DNA of 63,697 nucleotides, filler included, from Octopus bimaculoides (taxonomy: Eukaryota): assembly GCF_001194135.2 (NCBI RefSeq). It is 7 parts of 5 records of this genome, joined end to end, with 100 filler letters (N's around TTAATTAATTAA, not from the genome) between each part and the next. Parts side by side here need not be neighbours in the genome. Positions count along the whole stretch, not along the records: positions 47,676 to 57,130 come from NC_068985.1; positions 57,231 to 63,697 come from NC_069000.1; 5 more parts are not named here. The stretch is one strand, 5' to 3'. A program made the translations under genes and the position numbers. Below are positions 51,423 to 63,217 of this stretch, one piece after another. How positions within the stretch are numbered: the first letter of the stretch is position 1; every line of letters begins with the position of its first letter. The notes beneath the pieces are model-generated. The model had not been told where the DNA came from. It made no database searches and was given only the letters and a program-made list of their open reading frames with translations.

Positions 51423-52794
51423 NAAGGCAGAATGCTAAACTGAAAGCATATTTTAATATAAATGGGTGTAAGGAAGATTAAAAACGATTTCAAACCGGCT
51501 TTCATTGCATGGCAAATTTTCAAGATAAGAAGGGGGTGAGATAATGTTTTTTTCAAAAAAATTATAAATATATAAAAGAAAGAAAGAAATATACCTATAC
51601 ATCATAGTGTCTTTAAGCTTTTAAAGTTCAATAGTATACCATGGAAAACTTATTTGAAGGATTAGGATGCATGTGTTTCAGTGGAGTGTTTTGTTCAAGA
51701 AGGCTGGATGTTTATGTGTCAAACAGGAAATGGGGTGGGAATTATCCAGTTCCTGTGGATAAGGGGAGAAACTTCTGTGGGTTTTATACTCTTTAATTGG
51801 AATGCTGGGTTCTTTGTCAACAGAATGCTTATGTCTGTTCTTAGAAATACAATTAACAAATATATATGTATTTAATTAGGTAGGCTAAAAAAAGGAATAC
51901 GGTCACCGTGGTGTTTGCATATTAAGAAGCGTTTGGAATTTTTCAATAAAAAGATTATCTTTGTTGATTCTTTCTTGTGTAGAGATTCTGTCTTTACATT
52001 GATAGAAAGGGAATATAAGAAATTCGGGATTTTATCTCTAGTGCAAGAGTCTATGTGGCCACCGAGTAGAATTTGAGGGAATTGTGAGAGATTTATCTTT
52101 TCTTTATTGACTGCTACTCTTCTGCGTAAAGGTTTGCTCGTCTATCCGATATGATTGTGTTGGCAACCTGCGCATGTAAAGACGTAAATGAGGTTCTCGG
52201 AGGAACAAGAGAAGTTGTTCTTGATTTTAAACTTTGTTACTTGTTTGAAAGTACGTAGAGGCAGGTACCATAGTTAGGGCGTGCACATGTTTTAACTGAG
52301 GGGTGGATGTGGTGTGTGTAGTTTGGCTTTTGTTAAGAGATTTTCAATGATTTGTGTTGCCTTTTGCATTTAAGGATTTTATGTGTATTGATAATATTAA
52401 TCATTTTCAGGACTGTGGTTAGTAAGGGAAGGTTCTGTATGATTGTGGTGTATACTTCGATGGTTTTGGGGCTGTGGGTGGAAATGAATGGAAGTATTTT
52501 GATGTTGGATGTGTTACTGTGTTGGGTGGTTTTCAGTATGTTATTGTCGAGTTCCTTGGCACGTTTTATTCCATAGTCTATGAGTGTGGAAGGATATTGA
52601 CGTTGTAATAGAGTTTTTGTGAGGTTTTGTAGGCGTATTTCTCGAGTGGTTGGGTCAGAGACAAAGGTACAAATCCTTTTAGCAAAGTTGAAGGGGATAT
52701 TTATCTTCTCTTGTTCCTCCGAGAACCTCATTTACGTCCTTACATGCGCAGGTTGCTAGCACAATTATATCGGACAGACGAGCAAGCCTTTACA
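51423..52794 (-). mobile_element. 5'-truncated Penelope-like element (RT thumb/linker, GIY-YIG endonuclease, 3' region) with an inverted 5' segment
   Basis: IPFNFAKRICTFVSD..R..LQNL...LLQRQYP..LPFISTH; KTCARPN.GTC; FSCSSENLIYVFTCAGCQHNHIG*TSKPLRRR; stop at 51903-51905. Confidence 0.9.
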
Positions 52795-52949
52795 CAGGGG
52801 TCGAACTAATCGACTGGGTCTCCCTCCTCAAAAATTTCGGGCCTTGTGCCTAGAGTAGAAAAGGATATAAATAAAATGATGCTCAAAATTTCCTTCATCG
52901 CAATGAGTTAAATTGTCAGTTGTTTACTAAAAATCAATATTTATTTATT

Positions 52950-53500
52950 TATTTTTTATGCGCCCTTTTTCAAGACTAGCCAGGCTCATGGGCCCGGTTT
53001 CCCGGTTTCTATGGCGTATGTGTTCCCTCCAGCTGGATGGGACGCCAGTCCATCGCAGCGTTACTCAAGAAACAGGAAGAAAGAGTGAGAGGAAGTTGTA
53101 CTCTTGTACAACAGGGTTCGCCCCCCCCTGCCGGAGCCTCGTGGAGCTTTAGGTGTTTTCGCTCAATAAACACACACAACGCCCGGTCTGGGAATCGAAA
53201 CTGCTATCCTACGACCGCGAGTCCTCTGCCCTAACCACTGGGCCATTGCGCCTCCACGAATGCGCACTTTTAAAACCTAGCCAGGCTCATGGGCCTGGTT
53301 TCAATGCCGTATGCGTTCCCCAGCTGGACGGGACGCCAGTCCATCGCAGCCTTCCTACTTTTTGTCAGCTGAGTGGACTGGAGCAATGTGAAATGAAGTG
53401 TCTTGCTCAAGAACACAACGTGTCGCCCGGTCCAGAAATCGAAACCACAATCTTACGATCATGGTGATGACACCCTAACAACTAAGCCTCGCGCCTCCAC
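52950..53500 (-). mobile_element. Two adjacent family B-headed SINE variants
   Basis: GGAGGCGC(A/G)..GGC(C/T)..GTGGTTAGGG heads end at about 53257 and 53498; both share CTAGCCAGGCTCATGGGCC in their bodies. Confidence 0.7.
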
Positions 53501-53796
53501 AAAAAGAAATCAATATAATCGAATAATTAACATTTCAATGAATTAAAGCTATCAAACTTCAGATTCCAGTGCTATTTCAAAAACTATTCATTGATTAATA
53601 TTAAAGAAGCAAAGGGAAAACATTAGTATCATATGTTCAGCGTAAGGTAAGTTACGGAGAAATTTCACATCCTTTAGCATTCAATCCAGACCTTAGTTTT
53701 AAGGACCGAATTAATTTTAACATGAAAAACATGCCAAAATCATTACGGGGTAATAACAAATATATATAAATATGTGTGATTGTATGTGTAAGAAAA

Positions 53797-54012
53797 GACG
53801 GTGAGCTGGCAGAAACGTTAGCACGCCAGGCGAAATGCTTAGCGGTATTTCGTCTGTCTTTACGTTCTGAGTTCAAATTCCGCCGAGGTCGACTTTGCCT
53901 TTCATCCGTTCGGAGTCGACAAATTAAGTACCAGTTGCGTACTTTGGTTGATCCAATCGACTGACCCCCTCCCCCCAAAATTTCGGGCCTTGTGCCTACA
54001 GTAGAAAAGATT
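53797..54012 (+). mobile_element. SINE family C, full length
   Basis: Close match to the family consensus. Confidence 0.9.
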
Positions 54013-54169
54013 ATATGTGTAGGAGAGAGCGGGAGAGAATGAGAGAGCGTATATGTTGTGTGGCAGTGTGTACACTCATACTCACACACCTACAAATATA
54101 TTTATATATGTGTGTGGATATGTGCGTGTATATATATATATATATATATATACACGCATATAAATCATA

Positions 54170-54614
54170 TAAACATGTCTGGCAACAGGACTCTGCGTCA
54201 TGTTACACAAGCAGGAGAGCTTAGTGATGGATGTCAGACAATTTCTGCGACCACATCACCCCTAATATCTGGCCATCTAACTCCCCAGACTGTAACCCCC
54301 TTGATTATTATGTGTTGGGTGCAGTTGAGCCAGAGACCAACAAAACTCCTGGTAACACCAAAGATGAACTGTAGGCAAGGATTATAGTAGCATTCACCAA
54401 CTTAAGCAAGGAGACCGTCCAGAAGAGTTGCAGGAGATTCCGAAGTTGCCTGGAGGCTGTGGTTGAAGCCAATGCGGATTTTATTGAATAAATTTACTCA
54501 TTAATCTTTCAAGATACTTTTACGTACTTTTGGTAAATAGATAAGTTAAAATGAGCTGTTAGTGTTATTTCATTTTTGCATAATTAGAGGATAGTTTATT
54601 CTCCGCAACTTCTG
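54170..54614 (+). mobile_element. maT/DD37D-like Tc1-mariner transposase 3' fragment
   Basis: WQQDSA..DNFCDHITPNIWPSNSPDCNPLDYYV.GAVE..CRRFRSCLEAVVEAN.DFIE*. Confidence 0.85.
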
Positions 54615-56131
54615 TGTGTGTGTGTATGTATGTATGTATGTATGTACATTTATATAGATAGATATTAATATATCTGTGTATGTATGCATACATACATATA
54701 TATGTACATATTAAATAGAAATGTACAACCATTGCACTGCTCTACTGCACTACTTCACCGCATTTCACAATGCATTGTACCATAAAAAAAAAGTTGATAC
54801 TTCAATACAGTAAGTTAACAATGCAATATTCAGCAATAATTTTTTTCTTTGGGTGATTTTGCTACATTATCTGCCGTCTCACCTATTTATAAAACCAATG
54901 CCATGGAACAGTCATTTACCAAACATCTGTTCTCATTAAAGGATCAAAGAGACTGGAAGAACTTAAGGAATTCTGTATTCTGTGGATCCTTTTTATGGTA
55001 ATTTTTCAATACTACAAATCAATAAATTAGATTTTTAAAATCTTTTTTTTATTCATTGGATTCTTTCCTCCCTTTTGGGATGCAAACACATGCACACACA
55101 AAAGCACATAAAACTCTCTCTCTTTCTTTTCTCTTTCGCTTTCTCTCTCTTTCCTTCTCATTCTAACTCTTTCTTCTTCATGTCTTCAATCTTTTGGCAC
55201 ACAAATACAACGTATACACAGACGTCTACACACACACACTGACACACACACACACTGACACACACACACACACACTGACACACACACACACTGACACACA
55301 CACACACTGACACAAACACACAAACGCATTTATTTATCTATACCCGTGTATGTATACGTATAAATATATTTATAAAACTATGTATGTACAAATATAGCCT
55401 TATGCATGTGTGCATGTGCGTGTGTACGTGTGCGTGTGTGCAGATATGTATGTGTAAGAGAGAGTATGCATGTATGAGAGAGAGTGTGTGTGCGTGTTTG
55501 AGAGAGTGTGTGTGTGTTTGAACGTTTGCATGTTTGAGTTTGTGTGTGTAGCTCCATGTATATAACGTTTGCTATCAAATCTATTTAAGATTGATTATTT
55601 AATGTCATCAACAAATATCGTTAATTTTACTAAAATAATTAAAACATTATCCCAATCTAGATTTCTAAGCAATCTGGGAATATTGGCCAGTATGGCTGTA
55701 TGGTTAACAAGCTGACTTTACAAGCATTTGGAAACACCTGCGTGATTTTCAACTCAAGTCTGCACGGAGTTGACTTGGAAATTCGAAGCAACAATGTAAC
55801 CTCCAGGTAATTAGGGTATGCTCGGCCTGATGTCTATTGAAGTTGAGTACAGTTCATTGGTAATTATTACGTCAGAGGATCGGCTTCCTAAGAAACATAT
55901 GTAAACTGGAGTTTACCTGTTCCACACCCTCAATTTGTATGTGTGTGCGTGAGTGTGTATATATATATATAAAATAAACTTAGATAAACTTGAATATGTT
56001 TCAACCAAAGATTGGTCCAGGCCATGTCTGTATATACTTTTATTCTTTTACTCTTTTTTCTTTTATACGTTTATATATATACTTATACATATATAAATAT
56101 ATATACTTATGTATATGTATACACACACACA

Positions 56132-56167
<36 letters not shown>

Positions 56168-56356
56168 CACATACATGCTTATTCGTTCTATCATTGGACA
56201 ACTTTCGACTTTCCCTACCGAAAATGTTATTAATGTAATAATTACGTGTTATTGATAGCTTGATAGCTTTATGCACTCCGAGTTTTACAGTTGGAAAAAA
56301 ATTGTTTCACGTTCTCTCGAAGTTTGTAAATTCTTAAGATGTAAATAACATATACG

Positions 56357-56428
<72 letters not shown>

Positions 56429-56469
56429 TACATACACACTCATACATACATACGTGTGTGTGTGTGTGT

Positions 56470-56507
<38 letters not shown>

Positions 56508-57230
56508 GTGTGTATGTATGTGTGTGTACATACATATGCTTATAATTGCATGAGTCTTGAATAGTACAACACTATTACACTGCTCTACTGAACACATGTA
56601 ACCGTGAAAAAAAAAACATAGATGCAATCAATACAATAACATAACAATACAATATTCAACAATACATTTTTACGCTTCACTGATTTCTGCAACATTTCCC
56701 TGCCGCCTAACCTATTTACAAAACCAATGGCATGAAGGATTCTTTTTACAAAACATCTGTTCTCATTAACGGATCAAAAAGATTCACAGAACATGAAGAA
56801 TTTTATCTGCCGAGGAACAATGAGAACATAAATAAATAATGGTATTTATTTTTATTATGTTATTTCTAATATTGTAATTGATAAATTGGACTTTTTTAAA
56901 AAACTTTTCCCTCTTTGGGTTTCTCTGCTTTTCTTTGAGTTTCGGTACATTCATTCCTACATTCAGTCTCGCTACATTCAATCCTACATACAATCCTTCC
57001 TACATTCAATCCTTTTTTTCCTGCTGAGTTAACTATCAGAAACTCAGTCAGTGACTCTCTCTCTCTGTGCATATATATATATATACATGTGTGTGTGTAT
57101 ACATATGTGTGTGTGCATATATATATATATNNNNNNNNNNNNNNNNNNNNNNNNNNNNNNNNNNNNNNNNNNNNTTAATTAATTAANNNNNNNNNNNNNN
57201 NNNNNNNNNNNNNNNNNNNNNNNNNNNNNN

Positions 57231-57540
57231 CCAGTTGATCCAAGTGGCTGAGCACTCCACAGACACGTGTACCCTTAACGTAGTTCTCGGAGATATTCAG
57301 CATGACACAGTGTGACAAGGCTGACCTTTTGAATTACAGGCACAACAGAAACAGGAAGTAGGAGTGAGAGAAAGTTGTGGTGGAAGAGTACAGCAGGGTT
57401 CGCCACCATCCCCTGCCGCAGCCTCATGGAGCTTTAGGTGTTTTCGCTCAATAAACACTCACAACGCCCGGTCTGGGAATCGAAACCGTGATCCTATGAC
57501 CGCGAGTCCGCTGCCCTAACCACTGGGCCATTGCGCCTCC
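57231..57540 (-). mobile_element. SINE family B
   Basis: Reverse-complement consensus match with the head intact. Confidence 0.9.
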
Positions 57541-57817
57541 ACGCGCTTATATCGTACTGTGATGTATATCAGAGAAGAATGAAAATATCGGTAAGAAACT
57601 AGCGTTTTCTCAAAAGAGTACCCTTATGTTATATGGAATTGCGGAGGCTCTCTTATTATTTTTTTAACATTCTCCGTCAGCTATTCAGTGAACCAGTAAC
57701 TGGCTCGTCAGAAATCTGTAACCAACGACGCCATTGTTCACTAAATGCGGTATAATACACAATAAATAAGAAATATATTTAAGAAATATATTTAAGAAAT
57801 ATAACGAAACCTCTTAC

Positions 57818-58087
57818 CTACAGATAAGGAATAGATAACAGTGCAAGCAATGATTGACCAGAAGTTGGTGCAGTAAGGGAAAGTAACGACTGCAAGCGTT
57901 GCAATTCCAATGGCAGCCACTAGCACTGTATCACATCGGATATGAAATACATCTGAATAAACGCCGGACAAAAGTTTTGCAATGACCCAGGAAATTCCAA
58001 TGAGCGACACAAAAATGGCACCCTCAGTTCTCGTCATTCCTAGAGAGATTGCGTAGTATGGTAAATAATAAATCACCGTGTGTTGGC
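57818..58087 (-). CDS. Internal exon of an MFS monocarboxylate transporter-like (SLC16 family) gene, C-terminal-half TM segments
   Basis: 270 bp, phase 1-1, TTTACTAG acceptor and GTAAGAG donor. Encodes QHTVIYYLPYYAISLGMTRTEGAIFVSLIGISWVIAKLLSGVYSD..IIACTVIYSLSVG, matching the YLP..A...G...A...S..GI....G...D pattern. Confidence 0.8.
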
Positions 58088-58190
58088 CTAGTAAATATAC
58101 AAGATATTGTAAAACTTCATTTGTGAAAGAGTGAAAACAGATATAAACTATTATCATCATCATCAACATCATCATCATCATCATTATCAT

Positions 58191-58240
<50 letters not shown>

Positions 58241-58242
58241 TT

Positions 58243-58501
58243 ATTATTCAGTAGTTTTATTTTTATAACGTACTTTCACTTCACTACCGAGCGCAGCTCT
58301 GTGTGCCTTGGGTATTATTATTATTATTATTATTCAGTAGTTTTATTTTTATAACGTGCTTTCACTTCACTACCGAGCGCAGCTCTGTGCGCCTTGGGTA
58401 TGTGCTGTGGTTTGCTGTGGTGCTCTTATGTTTACTGTATTGAAAGTGTTTTGCGTAGAATGTGTGCAGTACCCAGTAGTGCAATTTTCTGTATGTTATA
58501 T
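58243..58501 (-). mobile_element. R4/Dong 3' end plus a second 72-bp 3'-terminal copy in (TAA)/(TAG)n
   Basis: Same sequence as 35580-35760 in reverse orientation; the terminal block is repeated at 58243-58314. Confidence 0.9.
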
Positions 58502-59080
58502 NNNNNNNNNNNNNNNNNNNNNNNNNNNNNNNNNNNNNNNNNNNNNNNNNNNNNNNNNNNNNNNNNNNNNNNNNNNNNNNNNNNNNNNNNNNNNNNNNNN
58601 NNNNNNNNNNNNNNNNNNNNNNNNNNNNNNNNNNNNNNNNNNNNNNNNNNNNNNNNNNNNNNNNNNNNNNNNNNNNNNNNNNNNNNNNNNNNNNNNNNNN
58701 NNNNNNNNNNNNNNNNNNNNNNNNNNNNNNNNNNNNNNNNNNNNNNNNNNNNNNNNNNNNNNNNNNNNNNNNNNNNNNNNNNNNNNNNNNNNNNNNNNNN
58801 NNNNNNNNNNNNNNNNNNNNNNNNNNNNNNNNNNNNNNNNNNNNNNNNNNNNNNNNNNNNNNNNNNNNNNNNNNNNNNNNNNNNNNNNNNNNNNNNNNNN
58901 NNNNNNNNNNNNNNNNNNNNNNNNNNNNNNNNNNNNNNNNNNNNNNNNNNNNNNNNNNNNNNNNNNNNNNNNNNNNNNNNNNNNATTATTATTATTATTA
59001 TTATCATTATTATTTTTATTTTTTTTATTATTATTATAGATAATATTAGGACTGCTATGACTCCTCCGGAAGGAATATGT

Positions 59081-59211
59081 AAATAAAGAAGAAGAGTTCC
59101 ATAATTAAATTTGCTGAACGATATTTCGGTATCTCGTGTACCTTCAACGGGTTCACGAGATACCGAAATATCGTTCAGCAAATTTAATTATGGAACTCTT
59201 CTTCTTTATTT
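59081..59211. repeat. Perfect 58-bp inverted repeat with a 15-nt spacer
   Basis: 59081-59138 is the exact reverse complement of 59154-59211 (checked base by base). Confidence 0.95.
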
Positions 59212-59264
59212 TATTATTATTATTATTATTATCATTATTATTATTATTATTAAGCATATGCAAG

Positions 59265-59485
59265 ATGGCACGATGGCAGAGTCGTTACAGCGCCGGGCAA
59301 AATGCTTGGCGGCATTTCGTACGTTTTTACATTCTGAGTTCAAATTCCGCTGAGGTCGACTTTGCCTTTCATCCTTTCGGAGTCGGTGAAATAGGTACCA
59401 GTTGAGCACTGGGGTCGATGTAATCAACGAGCCCCCTCCCTCAATATTTCAGGGCCTTGTGCCTTTAGTAAAAAGGATTATTATG

Positions 59486-59535
<50 letters not shown>

Positions 59536-59754
59536 GGCAGCGAGTTGTCAGAATCGTTAGTGCGCCGGACAAAATGCTTAGCGGCATTTCGTCCGGCTTT
59601 ATGTTATGTTCTGAATCCAAATATCGACGAGGCCGACTTCGTCTTTCATCCTTTCGGGTTCGATATAATAAGTACTAGTTGAGGGCTATGGGTTGATATA
59701 ATCGATTTACCCCACTACCTCAAACTTGCTGGCCTTGTGCCAAAATTTGAAGTC

Positions 59755-59822
<68 letters not shown>

Positions 59823-60455
59823 GGCGGCTAACTGGCACAATAGTTAGTACGCCGGGCAGAAAACTTAGCGACATTTTTCTCCGTGTTTATGTTCTGAGTT
59901 CAAATTCCACTGAGGTTGACTTTGCCAATCATCCTATTGAAGTCGATAAAAAAAAGTACCAGTTAAATACTGGGGGTCGGTGTAGTCGGCTTCCCCATCC
60001 CACTCAAAATGTGTGCCTATTGTAGAAAGCATATCAAGGACGGTGAATCTTTAAAGCAATAGACAAAGTATCTAGTGGTATTTTTTCTGAATGATTACGT
60101 TCTGAGTTCAAATTCCGCCGAGGTCAACTTTTCTTTTCCTCAGAATCGATAAAATAAGTACCAGTAGAACACTGGGTCGATGTAATCGACTTACCCCTCC
60201 CTTAAAATTTACTGGTCGTGTGCCAAAATTTCAAACTGTATATAGGCGGGGAGCAGGCAGAATCGTTAGCACGCCGGAAAAATGCATAGCGGTATTTCGT
60301 CCGTCTTTATGTTCTGCGTTGAAATTTCGCCGAGGTCGATTTTGCCTTTCATTCTTCCGAATCGATAAGATAACTACCAGTTGAGCACTGGAGTCGAAGT
60401 AATCGAATACTCGCCTTCCATATAATTTCAGGCCTTGTGCCTATAGTAAAAAAAA
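59265..60455 (+). mobile_element. Five head-to-tail family C SINEs
   Basis: Heads at about 59265, 59535, 59821, 60045 and 60243; the first two and the last are followed by (ATT)n. Confidence 0.8.
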
Positions 60456-60511
60456 TTATGATTATTATTATTATTATTATTATTATTATTGTTTTTGTTG
60501 TTGTTTTTGTT

Positions 60512-60632
<121 letters not shown>

Positions 60633-60642
60633 TTATTATTAT

Positions 60643-61150
60643 GGAGTGAGAGAGCAGCGCATGCCATCAAAGTAGAGTGACACTGGGGTACAAATACACA
60701 AAGCTCAATATACCCATCATGACTACCCATCTGATAAGGGTACACCAGGCACATGCATCATAACCATATGTGCACGACATGGTGATTTCATAGCAAGATA
60801 AACAGTGCATGACCTTGCAGGTGGGGCCAATTAGAATTTTCATCAGTCCGAGTAGCCCATCCCGCTCAAAAGGTCCCGGAATAAGGGTTGTATTTAGAAT
60901 GTTGAACAAAACACCTATGTTTCCAGAGGTGAATTATTCAAACCCCCAAAGAATTCCTCTCAACACATCGCTATGATGCTCCCCTACTACCTCTACTCGT
61001 GATTAGAGATACACATATCGTCAGCCACCAAGAGACATGGTGAAGCGGTTACGGTTAAACAACTGACAGGCAAATCTGTGGTATTGAGCAGAATATTTGC
61101 TGTAACCCATCTTTTACACCAAGACAAAGCATGTGCATGATAACACTTCC
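60643..61150 (-). mobile_element. SINE/LINE-tail repeat with (AAT)n tail; inverted partial copy at 62755-62925
   Basis: Shared ATATTCTGCTCAATACCAC..GGAGCATCATAGC.ATGTGTTGAGAGG.ATTCTTTGGGG. Confidence 0.7.
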
Positions 61151-63067
61151 AAGCAGCTAAGATAAAAACAGTAAAACAAAATGCCACAGCTTTCCACCCC
61201 AATGACAAAATCACAATAGTAACAACGACGACAAAATACACAAAAAGACTTACAGACGATGTGAGTGAAAGGAATCAAAAGTTTTCAGAGATAGAGAATG
61301 CCTTTACCACCGCAACATATCAGAAGCAAATAAAAAAGAAGACATTCCGTGATGTCTCCAACCAGTTAGAAATAGTACAATTAAATCGCCTTTAAATTAC
61401 AACCGACTCCCTCTGAAAAAAGAACGACAAAGAATAAGACATTAGAAAACTGAGTCCTGGAATCACTTACTGAATTATTAGTTAAGATACCTTTAATCAC
61501 AGGACTATTCGGACAGGATTTATCTGTGACTGTCTATCACTATACGTCATCACAAACAACGATTACCTAATTTTACAAGAAGTCAGATATTGCTAAGAAA
61601 TGGTGGCGCTCAAGTTACTGCCAAAATTCTCTCTCTTGATTTATTGTTTCATAATTTTGCAACTACCATAGTAATAATTTTTGCGAATAGATATATCGAA
61701 CTCTCTTGTTATAAGCAACTATTACAAATTTAATTCGATATTGATTTTTAAATTCGATTAAATGATAACAGAAATATTTGTGGGATTGACTATGTTATTC
61801 AACTGTTATACATTTTATCCACCCAAGATGTATGAAAAGCAAAGTCAACACGGCAATTTTCAGCTCAGAATGTAATAGAACGCAACTGAATACCGCAAGA
61901 CATTTTCTCCATCACTCTAACGATGGTTTCAACCCACCACTTTTTTACTGGTTTAATATCAATAATTGCAAAGGATGGAATGACAGTCGATTCCTATTCT
62001 TGAGGGCTGTATTCAATACTTTTTGGAGAATGTAGGATGAAGAGATGTAGAGGATGAGAAATATTTGAGTATATCTGCTCGAGTATACATCACATCATAA
62101 TTCTTTCATTGAGTCTAGTCGGATGAAAGAAAAAGCAAACCCCAGTTGGATTTAAATTCAGAATAATATGTGACACCAAAACTAGTCACTGAGAATCATT
62201 GAGTCTAGGTTTCTGTTAAGTATGGTATGACTTGTCGTGGGTTAGTTAGTTCGTATTATGGTAACTAAACGCTGAAGCAGGGGAGTCATTCTGTAGTATC
62301 GTTTTCTAATTATTATTTTAACAATAACATAATAATCATGATAAAATTCGGATACTTTTCCTTCCTGTTCTCCCTTGTTTTCCACATATAACACAAAACC
62401 GAACTATCGGTGTCTTTTACAATCATACAAGTGCTTAATAGGATTGGTAGTTATGACGTTTTCTATACTCTGGTGAAAGTGGTAAGGAGGCATATTGGGA
62501 TGTAGTTTTGGAGTCTGAAATTGGAAAAAATGATTAAGCACTCGTGAAAAGACAATTCTGTTAATAACACAGTGTAACAAAGTTTTTCTTTGTCTTTGCT
62601 CAGTAAGTGTTATTTCATATTTGCTACGAAGGAGGTGACTACTATTCCCTTCAAACTTTGCTTTTGTCACCTAGACATCAATGTTTTCAAACTGATCTAT
62701 TTTCCATTACATTTCAGACAGATTCAGCACTGAGTTGCTGAAGCAGAAATATCGTTATAGCACATATTCTGCTCAATACCACAAATTTGCTTGTCAGTTG
62801 CTTGATCTTAACCACTTGACCATGTCCCTTAGTGGCCGACAATATGTGCATCTCTGATCATGAGTAGGAGTAGTGGAGGAGCATCATAGCCATGTGTTGA
62901 GAGGGATTCTTTGGGGTTTGAATAAATGTAACAAAAGCTAAGTTTGAAGGAAATATTTTTCATAATGTCTAAAAGTAAGCAAATAGAAAATAACAGTTGC
63001 TACCTAAGAATAAAAATCGTATTACACCGTGTAATCGAAAATAAACAATATTGGATTTTAGACTTAC

Positions 63068-63217
63068 TAGCCCAGATTAACACAACCATGCAGAAGAGAA
63101 GCATATTGATATTCTTTAAAATGTCCAGATTCATCGAAGGGAGACATTTGGTTACTATGTTTTTCGACGAAGATTTTCCATCATTACATTCTGTTCCTTC
63201 TTTCTCTGAAGATTTGT
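63068..63217 (-). CDS. Upstream exon of the same SLC16-like gene (end of the central loop into TM7)
   Basis: 150 bp, phase 1-1, TTTTTAACAG acceptor and GTAAGT donor. Encodes DKSSEKEG..PSMNLDILKNINMLLFCMVVLIWA, resembling the D.SLLKN..FLLFC motif, and splices in frame to 58087. Confidence 0.75.

Noticed and set aside
51485-51515. ATGAAAGCCGGTTTGAAATCG in the Penelope 3' region as that element's hammerhead
   Set aside because: The position is plausible, but the CUGA core and helices cannot be reconstructed.
61150-61274. Hydrophobic minus-strand frame ..IVILSLGWKAVAFCF.. resembling an MFS GWR motif
   Set aside because: No usable donor, it runs into a repeat, and it lies in the intron between two exons that already join in frame.
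61415-61470. Minus-strand GTAAGT...TTTTTTCAG mini-intron-like segment
   Set aside because: All three frames after the acceptor stop within about 35 nt; no supporting evidence.
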